A stretch of 64,000 nucleotides of DNA, taken from the NCBI RefSeq assembly GCF_032577575.1, contig NZ_JAWFVO010000003.1, positions 122,793 to 186,792 of the forward strand, read 5' to 3'. The notes beneath the pieces were generated by a model, which worked only from the letters and a program-made list of their open reading frames with translations, was not told the DNA's origin and searched no databases. The first letter of the stretch is position 1; every line of letters starts with the position of its first letter. The translations under genes were made by a program, and so were the position numbers. Shown piece after piece: positions 50,872 through 61,983 of the stretch. The stretch comes from Veillonella parvula (lineage in GTDB: Bacteria > Bacillota > Negativicutes > Veillonellales > Veillonellaceae).

Positions 50872-52290
50872 TTATACTTCTTTTACATCATCAGGTATAG
50901 CCGGTGGAGCCGGTGGTTTACCCATGGATCTTTCAATAAATACCACAGCGACAAAGACGATGAGGCTGACGATGGAACCGAAGATGATGGACATAATGCC
51001 ATATGGGTTGCCAACGAATTCCCAGTATACGCCTGCGATGGAGCCGAGCATGATGGACCAAATGCCAGCGCCAGCTGTTGCATTTTTCCACGTGAGGCCC
51101 AATAGGAATGCGGCGAATGGGCCAGCGGATCTCATTGTGAAAGCAAATACGAGCATCGGAATGATGGCTTTGCTTACGAGGGAGATGATAATGGCGATGA
51201 TACCGAGGAATAGCACGCATAGACGGCTATATCTAGTGAGCTGTGCATCGGTGAGGCTTTTACCAAAATGATGTTCCACAATATCCTTGGTAAATACAGT
51301 TGCGGCGCCTAAGAGGTCGCCTGCGCCTGATGAAAGCGTAGCCGACACGACCGCGGCCATAACGAAGCCTGCCATTATAGGAGGCATGAGGTTAAGCGCT
51401 ACCGTTGCCACCGCATTGTTCGCTTCGATGTTCGGGAATTCAGCCAATGCTACGAGGCCTAATACGGCAGGAACAAAGGCGAATAGAGCCATAATAATCC
51501 CGCAAATGATAGAACCGAGAACGGCCGTTCTTTCATTTTTCGCTGCGAAGTACCGTTGAACTGACTCTTGCCCAGTGGAGAAGGTCATGAAATACATGAT
51601 GACAAGGCCGATGATGGTTTTCCAACCCACCTTTGTAAAGCCTAGCTGTTCAGGTGGCAATTTTGTCACTACCGACTCCCAGCCGCCCACATTGTGTAAG
51701 ACGAACGGTACCGCGAGGGAGAAGCCCCCAACGAGAACGAAGAAGTGGATTACGTCCGTCATCGTTACGCTCCACATGCCGCCGGACATGGTGTAAATTA
51801 CGAGTACCGCGCCACAGATGAGGATGGCGAGCTCTGTTGAAAGTCCGGTGAGAACGCTAATAATGGTTGCAGTTGCTGTAATCTGTACGCCTGCTAGTGT
51901 AATTGTTGCCAGCATGGACAGAATGGAAGTAATGAGATGGCTAGACGCGCCGAAACGACGGCCGATGATCTCCGGTACGGTTGTTGCCATAGCACGCCGC
52001 AAGAGTGGTGCGATGAAAGCAACGAGAATAACACCAATCCCTGCAGATACTACGTACCAACCTGCAGACAAACCCCAAGAACCATACGCTTTCGCTGCTA
52101 CACCTACGGTGCTCCCACCACCGATTTCCGTAGCTGCTAATGTGCCTGCCGTCATAAGAACCCCAATACGACGACCTGCGAGTAGATAGTCAGTACTATC
52201 TTTTACACGAATATGACAATACACGCCGACTAATAAATTTAGTAATAAATAGGCGCAAACAATAAACCAAATAATAGTCAGAGAATCCAT
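50872..52290 (-). CDS. Sodium:solute symporter family protein
   Basis: DYLLAGR, YTMSGGM.SV..TD, QRYFAAK; many TM helices. Confidence 0.92.
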   Translation of the reverse strand: MDSLTIIWFIVCAYLLLNLLVGVYCHIRVKDSTDYLLAGRRIGVLMTAGTLAATEIGGGSTVGVAAKAYGSWGLSAGWYVVSAGIGVILVAFIAPLLRRAMATTVPEIIGRRFGASSHLITSILSMLATITLAGVQITATATIISVLTGLSTELAILICGAVLVIYTMSGGMWSVTMTDVIHFFVLVGGFSLAVPFVLHNVGGWESVVTKLPPEQLGFTKVGWKTIIGLVIMYFMTFSTGQESVQRYFAAKNERTAVLGSIICGIIMALFAFVPAVLGLVALAEFPNIEANNAVATVALNLMPPIMAGFVMAAVVSATLSSGAGDLLGAATVFTKDIVEHHFGKSLTDAQLTRYSRLCVLFLGIIAIIISLVSKAIIPMLVFAFTMRSAGPFAAFLLGLTWKNATAGAGIWSIMLGSIAGVYWEFVGNPYGIMSIIFGSIVSLIVFVAVVFIERSMGKPPAPPAIPDDVKEV

Positions 52291-52447
52291 ATGACACCTC
52301 CAAAAATTTACACTATCTAGAGATTCATACTAAATCACCCTTACTACTTGCGGTGCATATATCAAGTATAGTTTAATTATCCATAAAAACTGGGGAAAAT
52401 ACAAAGAGGAGTTTCTTGGAACGTTGGAGAATGTATATATATTAGGA

Positions 52448-52526
52448 ACTAAATTATAAAATTATTAATCATAGGCACAGCCTTATTTACATAGTATACT
52501 TATGCTAATAAGACTGTGCTTATTTT
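52448..52526. repeat. Duplicated block containing a ~50-nt palindrome (second copy 54520-54598)
   Basis: TAGGCACAGCCTTRTTTACATAGTATACTTATGCTAATAAGRYTGTGCTTA. Confidence 0.85.
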
Positions 52527-52563
52527 ATTGAGAGACAAGATTCATTTTTTGAGAGAGGTTTTT

Positions 52564-53136
52564 ATGATTCAACGTATTTTGATACTAGCTCTTGTGTTGC
52601 TGGCTTTCACCATGCCTACAGAGGCAATTACTTATCAGGAATTGAAAACGTCGCCACAGTTTAAGCTTGTTTATTCTCAGTCGATGAATGGGCCCATAGA
52701 GAGTGGTGGCTTGTATATCTATTTAAACACTTATTCGATTGAGGCCCTACGCTATGCACCGCCACAGTATTCCTTGCGCGGGACTTACTATATTGTGATG
52801 GATACGTCTTATCAATCTATCATCAATGAGAGACAGCTCACCGTGGATTATGATACTAACTATTCGTTAGCGACACTTATTCATTCGTCTCGTATCATGA
52901 ATCCGAGCCCGTCTATGCTGGCTTTGATTGAGGCTAGTGAAAGTAAGTCTGGTTTAGCTATGACAGGGGTAGATGTAGCGAGATATACATTTGATGGGGC
53001 GACAAAGCCAATGCATTATGTAAACGATACGCGTAAGGTCCCACTTAACCGTAATAATACTATTATATATGATATAGCGGATGCTATGTTTGTATCTGTA
53101 TATCAGCAGCATTTTGATGATATTGTGGCCCAATGA
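52564..53136 (+). CDS. Secreted hypothetical protein
   Basis: GAGAGG RBS, signal peptide. Confidence 0.75.
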   Translation: MIQRILILALVLLAFTMPTEAITYQELKTSPQFKLVYSQSMNGPIESGGLYIYLNTYSIEALRYAPPQYSLRGTYYIVMDTSYQSIINERQLTVDYDTNYSLATLIHSSRIMNPSPSMLALIEASESKSGLAMTGVDVARYTFDGATKPMHYVNDTRKVPLNRNNTIIYDIADAMFVSVYQQHFDDIVAQ

Positions 53137-53141
53137 GGTGG

Positions 53142-53714
53142 ATGATGAAACGCATATATTTACTTTCACTATGGTTACTAAGCTGCCTCGTGTTGCCAAT
53201 GCAAATCCAAGCCGTATCACAAGCTGACTTATTAAACGCAGAACGATTTGAACACATCGATTCGAGTGCTGACTCTGGAAGAGGAGATGGAAAATATTTG
53301 GATCTTTCATCTGTTAAGTCTGTAACGGCGCCGAATGGCCATCGTCGTATTGAAGCCGTCATTTATGTTTCCATGCCTGCTGCGAATATGATTCAAGGAC
53401 TTTCAGTACAATACGATTACCAAATGGATCGTTCTTTGCGCCATTTGATTAATGATCATGATAGAAGTTTAAAACAAGGTGATAAGACCCCATATATCTC
53501 TATTTGGCGTGCAAAGCAAGGAAGTTCAGGAATTACAGGGACCGTTAATGATGGCGGTACCTATTACAATAATGGACAAATTCGCCAACAACGTATATAT
53601 GCAGAAAATCTAAAAGCTATGATTCTACCTGCTGAATTTGGTGATGAAAAATATAAATTGCCTAATTTGATCTATAAAAAGATCTTTGGACTATCTTATG
53701 ATGATGAGTTGTAA
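53142..53714 (+). CDS. Secreted hypothetical protein, distant paralog of the previous gene
   Basis: Signal peptide; Y.Y....SL..LI motif shared. Confidence 0.75.
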   Translation: MMKRIYLLSLWLLSCLVLPMQIQAVSQADLLNAERFEHIDSSADSGRGDGKYLDLSSVKSVTAPNGHRRIEAVIYVSMPAANMIQGLSVQYDYQMDRSLRHLINDHDRSLKQGDKTPYISIWRAKQGSSGITGTVNDGGTYYNNGQIRQQRIYAENLKAMILPAEFGDEKYKLPNLIYKKIFGLSYDDEL

Positions 53715-53719
53715 TATTT

Positions 53720-54160
53720 ATGTATGGCACTAGAGTGGTTAAAACAGTGAATAAACATAGATTAAAGATAAAACTTGTTTTTGGACTCCTAATAAAGCTT
53801 GTGCTTTTACTTATTTGGGGAATCTCTATTTGGGCTTTCTATACATTGCTCTATGATCGATATGTATTAGAAGCATATCCATTAAGGGATTATTTGCCAG
53901 TATTGATATTTACCTTTGGGAATATTTGGGTTTTACCGTGGCTTATTTTGTGGCATGAGAAACTATATCCAGCGTTTGATAAACCAAAAATTTATTATAG
54001 AGTGAAAGCTTGGTACTTTTCTTTGAAAGACCAATCTTTAGTGGGGACATTTATCTTTTATAGTATAGATTTTGTTATAAAGCTAGGGATATTAATGTAT
54101 GGCACTATTATTGTTTTAGCTATTGTTATTTTTGTATCTCTTACTTGGCTCCGGTTCTGA
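53720..54160 (+). CDS. Membrane hypothetical protein (about 3 TM)
   Basis: Hydrophobic segments; follows the previous gene directly. Confidence 0.6.
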   Translation: MYGTRVVKTVNKHRLKIKLVFGLLIKLVLLLIWGISIWAFYTLLYDRYVLEAYPLRDYLPVLIFTFGNIWVLPWLILWHEKLYPAFDKPKIYYRVKAWYFSLKDQSLVGTFIFYSIDFVIKLGILMYGTIIVLAIVIFVSLTWLRF

Positions 54161-54290
54161 TCATTACTGGACTGATTCTTCATTAGCTCTTAAAAGCTCC
54201 TAAACACTCATATTGGATTTCTGATATATTCTTAACTTATTTACACAATGCAAAAGCCAAGCTATTCATATTTAAAAATAGCTTGGCTTT

Positions 54291-54472
54291 TATTAGTGGA
54301 GCACTTGTGGCGCTTATTTGTTTAGAAATAGCAAAATAGCCCTTCGTTTCTTCGGAAATTAGATAAAACGAAAAGGCCATTTCTACATGTTATTTGTTTG
54401 TGAGATGAGCCTGACGTCACTACTCGTCTGACTATCTACTTATATTATAGGGATAAAGGGATATATCGTCAA
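54291..54472 (-). ncRNA. Orphan antitoxin-like copy with toxin 3' remnant
   Basis: Minus-strand TTGACG-N17-TATAAT (54472-54444); CTCGTCTGACTATC conserved; ..GALVALICLEIAK* remnant on +. Confidence 0.55.
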
Positions 54473-54631
54473 ATGGAGATAAACCTTATATATACCAATT
54501 ATAGATATATCATACATATACTAAATTATAAAATTATTAATAATAGGCACAGCCTTGTTTACATAGTATACTTATGCTAATAAGGTTGTGCTTATTTATG
54601 TTGTAATGTGAGAGAAAAAAGAGAGGGTTTT

Positions 54632-55852
54632 ATGTTACGTAAAAGTTTGATTATCATGGCTGTACTAGCTGCTTTCACCATGAATGTAAGCGCTGTACAG
54701 ATAGAAGTGCCAGCAGGACAGCCACCTATACCAGGGGCAGATGCGAATATCCCTGCCAATGCCTATGAAAACTATCGGGCCGGTAGCTTGAGCAATGTAG
54801 GAGCTAGTGATGTTATAAAATTACATTCTGAATCTAAAAAACGCATGGACATGTATGTAACTGACTGGGGACTAACACGAGATGAAGTCAATCAGATAGC
54901 AAGCGATTCGGAGAAGTTGATGGACTTACTTGTTAATGAGTCTGCAGTTGTGTTGTTGCATGATGAGCGTAATAACATTCGGGCATCTGTTCCTGGACTA
55001 CTATTAGCAAGTAAGTATTACCCAAAACGCAGTGATGGTGAACGTTTATCTATTGTAAGAGAGAATTCCATATTTTTTGCGATTGGTACAAAACAGAATT
55101 ATGATGATGCATTAGGCAAATTAAAATCAGAGCGAAAAGGGGAGTTTACATATCCGGGTATCACACATGGTAAATGGGCTATTGAAACTGAGTCTTTCGG
55201 TGAGAATACGCCTGCTATGGTTGCTGTAGTTGGTTTATTTAATCAACCGAATCAAGAATATATGGTAGGTCTTAGCTACAAAAATCAGCCTGTTACCGGC
55301 AAGCTCGAGCACGTTATGAGTAATTATGTAATTCCGTCGATTCGATCGTTAGATGACATGGATCATTATAGTGAAAGTATTCAATGGGATAATTTCACAT
55401 ATCGTATTCCTAAAGGGCTCAAACTAATAGCACAGAAATCGTTAAAGGACTCTGCCGAAATGAGAGACTATCGTGGATCAGGTATCCGACTTATTGTAGC
55501 TAAGAAACCTGTAAAAGTAGATGATAAATATATCTATTCATTTATTGACGAGATTTCGGAAATAAAGCCAGAAAGTCAAATCATAGGTGATGTACCTATT
55601 CAATCAGCATCTGTTTGGAATAATGGCGTTCCTAGTCTTTTAGTAGATAACTATCAACCAGGAAAAACGTCTTTAATGCATCGATTCTTACGTGATGACA
55701 AGAATGTATATATAATGAGCTTAGTTTATATTGATGGGGCTACGCCATATTCTCATATTCAGCTGCGTAATACGGTAGAATATTCTGATTTTGCAAATGT
55801 TGAGACACTGCGGAATAAAGTAATCCGTATGCAAAGTAAAGATAAAATGTAA
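54632..55852 (+). CDS. Secreted hypothetical protein
   Basis: Signal peptide ending VSA; long ORF. Confidence 0.75.
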   Translation: MLRKSLIIMAVLAAFTMNVSAVQIEVPAGQPPIPGADANIPANAYENYRAGSLSNVGASDVIKLHSESKKRMDMYVTDWGLTRDEVNQIASDSEKLMDLLVNESAVVLLHDERNNIRASVPGLLLASKYYPKRSDGERLSIVRENSIFFAIGTKQNYDDALGKLKSERKGEFTYPGITHGKWAIETESFGENTPAMVAVVGLFNQPNQEYMVGLSYKNQPVTGKLEHVMSNYVIPSIRSLDDMDHYSESIQWDNFTYRIPKGLKLIAQKSLKDSAEMRDYRGSGIRLIVAKKPVKVDDKYIYSFIDEISEIKPESQIIGDVPIQSASVWNNGVPSLLVDNYQPGKTSLMHRFLRDDKNVYIMSLVYIDGATPYSHIQLRNTVEYSDFANVETLRNKVIRMQSKDKM

Positions 55853-55887
55853 TTCAGTTGTTTATAAAATCGTTCAGGAGAGAGAAC

Positions 55888-56463
55888 ATGAAAAGAAAAT
55901 ACATGATTACGGGGCTTGTTATCGGCCTGCAATTGGTAAGTGGTTATAGTTATGTGACAGATGCAAGTTGGTTGAGCAAAACGTGGGATCGCCTTGAAAC
56001 AAATGCAGCGAAACAGTCTTACGATTGGCCGAAAGCTGAGCAGTATACTCATTATGCGGGAGGACAACTTGTAGGTGCTAACTTACCAGACGAGGATATG
56101 ATGGTTCTTGGTGTTTCATTAGGTAATACCTTTGATAGTGTGAAAGCAAGTTTGGGGCAGCCTACTGAAGAAACTAGTAGAGGACTCACCTATGGTGGTG
56201 TTACCTTTGGGAGTTTTAAAATGGATGGTGTAGAGTCAGTTGTTACCTATATGATGATCGAGAATCGTGATGCCACAACACATAGAGGCATTGCCGTAGG
56301 CGACTCCATGCGAAAAGTCCTTAATGTATACGGTAGACCTGATTTAGTAGACTCTAATAATCGATGGTTTTATGGGAAATATCGCTATCGTACGGATATG
56401 ATGCATGGCATACAATTTGAACAAAAAGGCGATAAAGTAAGTAAAATTATGATTTATAGATAA
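55888..56463 (+). CDS. Secreted hypothetical protein
   Basis: GGAGAG RBS; GVSLG..LGQP / GIAVG..YGRP internal repeat. Confidence 0.75.
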   Translation: MKRKYMITGLVIGLQLVSGYSYVTDASWLSKTWDRLETNAAKQSYDWPKAEQYTHYAGGQLVGANLPDEDMMVLGVSLGNTFDSVKASLGQPTEETSRGLTYGGVTFGSFKMDGVESVVTYMMIENRDATTHRGIAVGDSMRKVLNVYGRPDLVDSNNRWFYGKYRYRTDMMHGIQFEQKGDKVSKIMIYR

Positions 56464-56697
56464 TTATATTAGAATAAAAGAGACGAAAAAGCCGAGCTAC
56501 GTTAAATTTTGAGTAGCTTGGCTTTACTTATAAACATAACTATTTATTAACTTTTATGTACTCGATTATGAGTATAATTATAAGATTTATGAAAAATATA
56601 TGAATTAATTTATTGTTTTATGCTAAAATGAAGTTAATTATACGGTGTTTGGCGACTTATAGATTATATATCACGTTTAAATAGTAAATTTTGGCAA

Positions 56698-56821
56698 TAA
56701 AAAACTCAATTCCGAAGAATTGAGAGTAGGTGCCCTACGTCGGGCAGCCCGAAGGCATTGTAAATTAATTTGTATTTGAACTCGTAATGTAATTCTGTAA
56801 ACCTCCAAAACTAGTTGGATT
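56698..56821 (-). ncRNA. tracrRNA
   Basis: Anti-repeat 56774-56811 with GAGU bulge, hairpins and U tract; minus-strand TTGACA-N17-TATACT at 56856-56828. Confidence 0.88.
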
Positions 56822-56882
56822 AATTATAGTATAGTTAAGCATTTGATGAATGTCAATTATTAATTTCCAAAGGAGAGGACTT

Positions 56883-59800
56883 ATGGAAACGCAAGCATCG
56901 AACCAACTTATTTCAAGTCATTTGAAAGGATATCCAATTAAAGATTATTTTGTGGGGTTAGATATTGGTACAAGCTCAGTGGGCTGGGCAGTAACCAATA
57001 AGGCCTATGAGTTGCTGAAATTTCGATCTCATAAAATGTGGGGAAGTCGTTTATTTGATGAGGGAGAATCCGCTGTAGTACGTCGTGGATTCCGGTCCAT
57101 GCGTCGTCGTTTGGAACGTCGTAAATTACGCTTAAAACTATTAGAAGAATTGTTTGCTGATGCTATGGCACAGGTGGATCCTACATTCTTTATGCGCCTT
57201 CGTGAAAGTAAATACCACTATGAAGATAAAACGACAGGTCATAGCTCAAAACATATTCTATTTATTAACGAGGACTATACTGATCAAGATTATTTCAAAG
57301 CGTATCCTACTATATATCATTTACGTGCAGAGTTAATGAAAGATGGTACTGATGATATTCGTAAGTTATTCTTGGCAGTACACCATATTTTAAAGTACCG
57401 TGGTAACTTCCTCTATGAAGGGGCTTCATTTGATTCAAATGCTTCAACGCTTGATGATGTTCTTAAACAAGCCTTAAAAAATATCATCTTCAATTGTTTT
57501 GATTCTACTGCTGCAATTGGTTCTATCGGTCAAATCCTTATGGAGCCAGGTAAAACAAAATCTGACAAAGCAAAGGCCATAGAACGTCTTGTTGATACAT
57601 ATATAATTACTGATGAAGTGGATACTTCTGGTAAAACTCAAAAAGAACAGGTCAAGGAGGATAAAAAAAGACTTAAATCATTTGTTAATTTGGTGTTAGG
57701 TTTATCTGCGAGCCTTACTGACTTATTCGGCTCTGTAGAGGATTTAGATGAAGATCTTAAAAAGTTACAAATTATAGGGGATACATATGATGAGAGACGT
57801 GACGACCTAGCTAAAGCTTGGGGAGAGGAGATTCATAGTATTGATGATTGTAAATCTGTATATGATGCTATTATCCTCATGTCTATTAAAGAACCTGGCC
57901 TTACTATTTCTGAGTCTAAGGTACAAGCTTACAACAAACACAAAGATGATTTAGTTCTGCTTAAATCTTTATTAAAGGCTGATAGAAAGCTCTATAATGC
58001 GATGTTTAAGGCTGATGAAAAAGGTCTACATAACTATGTGCATTATATTAAACAAGGCCGTACAGAGGAAACTAGTTGTACCCGTGAAGATTTTTATAAA
58101 TACACTAAGAAAATAGTAGAGGGATTATCTGATTCTAAGGATAAAGAGTATATTCTTAGTCAAATTGAGCTACAAACATTATTACCATTACAACGGATTA
58201 AAGACAATGGCGTTATTCCTTATCAATTACATTTGGAGGAACTCAAGACTATTCTTGATAAATGTAAATCCAAATTCCCATTCCTAAATGAAGTGGCTGA
58301 TGGATATTCTGTAGCAGAGAAACTTATTAAACTGCTTGAATTCCGTATTCCATACTATGTAGGGCCTTTAAATACACATCATAATGTGAATAATGGCGGG
58401 TTCGCTTGGGCTGTTCGTAAAGCCTCTGGTCAGGTTACACCATGGAATTTTGAAGATAAAATTGATAGAGAAAAATCAGCAGCAGCTTTCATCAAAAACC
58501 TTACGAATAAATGCACTTATTTGTTAGGTGAAGATGTGCTGCCTAAATCATCTCTTTTATATAGTGAGTTCATGTTGCTCAACGAACTAAATAGTGTGCG
58601 TATTGATGGGAAGCCATTAGAGACAAAGGTAAAAGCTCATCTTATTGAGGCCGTGTTTAAGCAAGACCATAAGAAATTGACCAAAAATCGGATAGAGCAG
58701 TTTTTAAAAGATAATGGTTATATCTCAAACCCTCATAAACCTGAGATTACAGGTCTAGATGGGGAAATTAAAAATGATCTAACATCTTATCGTGATATGG
58801 TTCGTATCCTTGGCGATGGTTTTGATACATCTATGGCTGAAGAGATTATTACGGATATTACTATCTTTGGTGAAAGTAAGAAAATGTTACGTGAAACGTT
58901 ACGTAATAAATTTTCTTCTCGCCTTGATGATGAGGTTATCAAAAAGTTTGCCAAATTACGATATCGAGATTGGGGCCGTCTTTCTAAGAAATTACTAAAT
59001 GGTATTGATGGCTGTGATAAGGCTGGAGACGGTACTTCTGTAACCATTATTGAAGCAATGCATGATTTTAGCTATAACTTGATGGAACTATTAGGCGATA
59101 AATTCTCATTTATGGAACGTATTCAAGAGATAAATGATAAATTAACAGCAGGCCAAGTAGTAGATCCTCATGATATTATCGATGAACTGGCACTTTCACC
59201 AGCTGTTAAGCGTGCGGTATGGCAAGCATTGCGCATCGTTGATGAGGTTGCACATATTAAAAAAGCGTTACCGGCTCGTATCTTTGTAGAAGTAACACGG
59301 TCAAATAAAGCAGAGAAAAAGAAAAAGGACTCCCGTCAAAAACGATTATCTGATTTATATGCGGCTATAAAACATGATGACTCCTTGGTAGAAGCTCTTA
59401 ATGGACAAAAATTTAATACATTAAAATCTGACTTGTCAGGATGTGATGATGCGGCGTTAAGAAGTAAAAAACTCTATTTGTATTACACACAAATGGGGCG
59501 TTGTGCTTACACAGGGAATATTATAGATTTAAATTTATTAAATACAGATAACTATGATATTGATCATATTTATCCTCGCAGTCTTACAAAAGATGATAGC
59601 TTTGATAATTTAGTATTATGTGAGCGTACTGCGAATGCTAAAAAGTCGGATATGTATCCAATAGACAATACGATTCAAACTAACCAAAAGGTATTCTGGT
59701 CATTCTTGAAACATCAAGGCCTTATTAGTGAACGGAAATATGAGCGCCTTACTCGCATTACACCACTTACAGAAGATGATTTAAGTGGCTTTATTGCTCG

Positions 59801-61079
59801 TCAGTTAGTAGAAACTAATCAATCTGTTAAGGCTGCTACAACATTGTTGCGCCGTCTTTACCCAGATGTTGATGTTGTCTTTGTAAAAGCAGAGAATGTA
59901 ACAGACTTCCGTCATGATAATAACTTTATCAAAGTTCGCTCATTGAATCATCACCATCATGCTAAAGATGCTTATTTAAATATTGTTGTTGGTAATGTAT
60001 ATCATGAAAGATTTACTCGTAACTTCCGTGCATTCTTTAAAAAGAATGGAGCTAATCGTACATATAACTTAGCGAAGATGTTCAATTATGATGTAAATTG
60101 CACAAATGCTAAAGATGGAAAAGCTTGGGATGTAAAAACAAGCATGGATACTGTTAAGAAAATGATGGCCAGCAACGATGTTCGAGTGACGAAACGTTTA
60201 TTAGAACAAACCGGTGCATTAGCTGATGCAACTATATATAAAGCTACTGTTGCAGGGAAAGCTAAAGATGGTGCTTATATAGGGATGAAAACTAAGTCTA
60301 GTGTGTTTGCAGATGTTTCTAAGTATGGTGGCATGACAAAAATTAAGAATGCCTATTCTATTATTGTTCAATATACAGGTAAAAAAGGTGAAGTGATTAA
60401 GGAAATCGTGCCATTACCAATCTATTTAACAAATCGAAATACAACTGATCAAGATTTAATTAACTATGTAGCATCTATTACTCCACAAGCAAAAGATATT
60501 TCTATCATTTATGGAAAACTGTGCATTAATCAATTAGTTAAGGTTAATGGATTCTATTACTATTTGGGTGGGAAAACTAATAGTAACTTCTGTATTGATA
60601 ATGCGATTCAAGTCATTGTTTCAAATGAATGGATTCCATACCTCAAAGTGCTTGAGAAGTTTTATAATATGAGAAAAGATAATAAGGATTTGAAGGCAAA
60701 TGTTGTATCAACAAGAGCTCTTGATAATAAGCATACGATAGAGGTTAGAATCGTAGAAGAGAAAAATATAGAGTTCTTTGATTACTTGGTAAGTAAACTT
60801 AAAATGCCTATATATCAAAAGATGAAAGGGAATAAAGCAGCTGAACTATCAGAAAAGGGATATGGTTTATTTAAAAAAATGTCTTTAGAAGAACAGAGTA
60901 TTCATTTGATAGAGCTTTTAAACTTATTAACAAATCAAAAAACTACTTTTGAAGTTAAGCCTTTAGGAATAACAGCATCTAGATCAACTGTGGGGAGTAA
61001 AATAAGTAATCAAGATGAATTTAAAGTTATCAATGAATCCATTACAGGATTATATTCTAATGAAGTAACTATAGTTTAA
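56883..61079 (+). CDS. cas9: Cas9, type II-A, 1398 aa from ATG 56883
   Basis: RuvC GLDIGTSSVGWA, IFVEVTR, HHAKDAY; HNH DIDHIYPRS; Arg-rich bridge helix. Confidence 0.98.
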   Translation: METQASNQLISSHLKGYPIKDYFVGLDIGTSSVGWAVTNKAYELLKFRSHKMWGSRLFDEGESAVVRRGFRSMRRRLERRKLRLKLLEELFADAMAQVDPTFFMRLRESKYHYEDKTTGHSSKHILFINEDYTDQDYFKAYPTIYHLRAELMKDGTDDIRKLFLAVHHILKYRGNFLYEGASFDSNASTLDDVLKQALKNIIFNCFDSTAAIGSIGQILMEPGKTKSDKAKAIERLVDTYIITDEVDTSGKTQKEQVKEDKKRLKSFVNLVLGLSASLTDLFGSVEDLDEDLKKLQIIGDTYDERRDDLAKAWGEEIHSIDDCKSVYDAIILMSIKEPGLTISESKVQAYNKHKDDLVLLKSLLKADRKLYNAMFKADEKGLHNYVHYIKQGRTEETSCTREDFYKYTKKIVEGLSDSKDKEYILSQIELQTLLPLQRIKDNGVIPYQLHLEELKTILDKCKSKFPFLNEVADGYSVAEKLIKLLEFRIPYYVGPLNTHHNVNNGGFAWAVRKASGQVTPWNFEDKIDREKSAAAFIKNLTNKCTYLLGEDVLPKSSLLYSEFMLLNELNSVRIDGKPLETKVKAHLIEAVFKQDHKKLTKNRIEQFLKDNGYISNPHKPEITGLDGEIKNDLTSYRDMVRILGDGFDTSMAEEIITDITIFGESKKMLRETLRNKFSSRLDDEVIKKFAKLRYRDWGRLSKKLLNGIDGCDKAGDGTSVTIIEAMHDFSYNLMELLGDKFSFMERIQEINDKLTAGQVVDPHDIIDELALSPAVKRAVWQALRIVDEVAHIKKALPARIFVEVTRSNKAEKKKKDSRQKRLSDLYAAIKHDDSLVEALNGQKFNTLKSDLSGCDDAALRSKKLYLYYTQMGRCAYTGNIIDLNLLNTDNYDIDHIYPRSLTKDDSFDNLVLCERTANAKKSDMYPIDNTIQTNQKVFWSFLKHQGLISERKYERLTRITPLTEDDLSGFIARQLVETNQSVKAATTLLRRLYPDVDVVFVKAENVTDFRHDNNFIKVRSLNHHHHAKDAYLNIVVGNVYHERFTRNFRAFFKKNGANRTYNLAKMFNYDVNCTNAKDGKAWDVKTSMDTVKKMMASNDVRVTKRLLEQTGALADATIYKATVAGKAKDGAYIGMKTKSSVFADVSKYGGMTKIKNAYSIIVQYTGKKGEVIKEIVPLPIYLTNRNTTDQDLINYVASITPQAKDISIIYGKLCINQLVKVNGFYYYLGGKTNSNFCIDNAIQVIVSNEWIPYLKVLEKFYNMRKDNKDLKANVVSTRALDNKHTIEVRIVEEKNIEFFDYLVSKLKMPIYQKMKGNKAAELSEKGYGLFKKMSLEEQSIHLIELLNLLTNQKTTFEVKPLGITASRSTVGSKISNQDEFKVINESITGLYSNEVTIV

Positions 61080-61107
61080 AACGAGTGTGTTAGTATTAGG
61101 GGTTATT

Positions 61108-61983
61108 ATGAGTTGGCGTATGGTAGTCATAAGTAGTCGTTCTAAGTTAGATTTTAAAATGAATTACATGATTATTCGCAAAGACTTTGAGACGACTAAG
61201 GTGTATATTGATGAAATATATATGCTGATTGTTGAATCTACGGCGGTGAGCCTCACCGCCGTACTACTAAACGAGTTGATTAAGAAAAAAGTGGCTATTG
61301 TGTTTTGTGATGAGAAACGGAATCCAGCCAGTGAGGTTCTTCCATTATATGGTAGTCACAATAGTAGTAAACGATGTCGTGAACAGGCTGAATGGTCTAA
61401 AGAGTTGCAAGCTTCTATATGGACAGAAATTGTACGACGTAAGATTATGAATCAAGCAGAGCTATTACAGCATCAGGAGTTAGTTGAAGCAGATTTACTA
61501 TACCAATATCTTGATGAGCTGACTCTAAATGATGAAACTCAACGTGAGGGGCATGCTGCAAAAGTATATTTTAATGCTTTGTTTGGAAAATCATTTTCTC
61601 GCGAACAGGATAATGCTATTAATGCAGCACTGAATTATGGATATGCGATATTGTTTTCTGCGGTAAATCGAGAGATTTTATCGTTAGGTTATATTACTCA
61701 GCTAGGTCTTAATCACTGTAATTAATTTAATCCGTATAATTTAGGTTCTGATTTGATGGAACCGTTGAGAGGCTTTGTTGATGCGGTTGTTATCAAGTCG
61801 ATACCTACAGAATTCAATCGAGATGTTAAATTGTCACTTATAGAATTACTATCTGAAGATGTAAAAATTAATGATACTATTCAGACATTTAGTGCCGCTA
61901 TTCGCGTTTACTGTAAAAGTGTATTTGATGCATTGCGGAATCAAGATGCTTCAGAGATTAGGTTTATAGAATATGAGCTATAG
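61108..61983 (+). pseudogene. cas1: Type II cas1 with in-frame TAA at 61723
   Basis: REGHAAKVYF, NAALNYGY; reads HCN*FNPYNLGSDLMEP in one frame. Confidence 0.88.

Noticed and set aside
50883..52189. Many opposite-strand and alternate-frame ORFs in the symporter, hydrogenase and cas genes
   Set aside because: Shadow ORFs of well-supported genes
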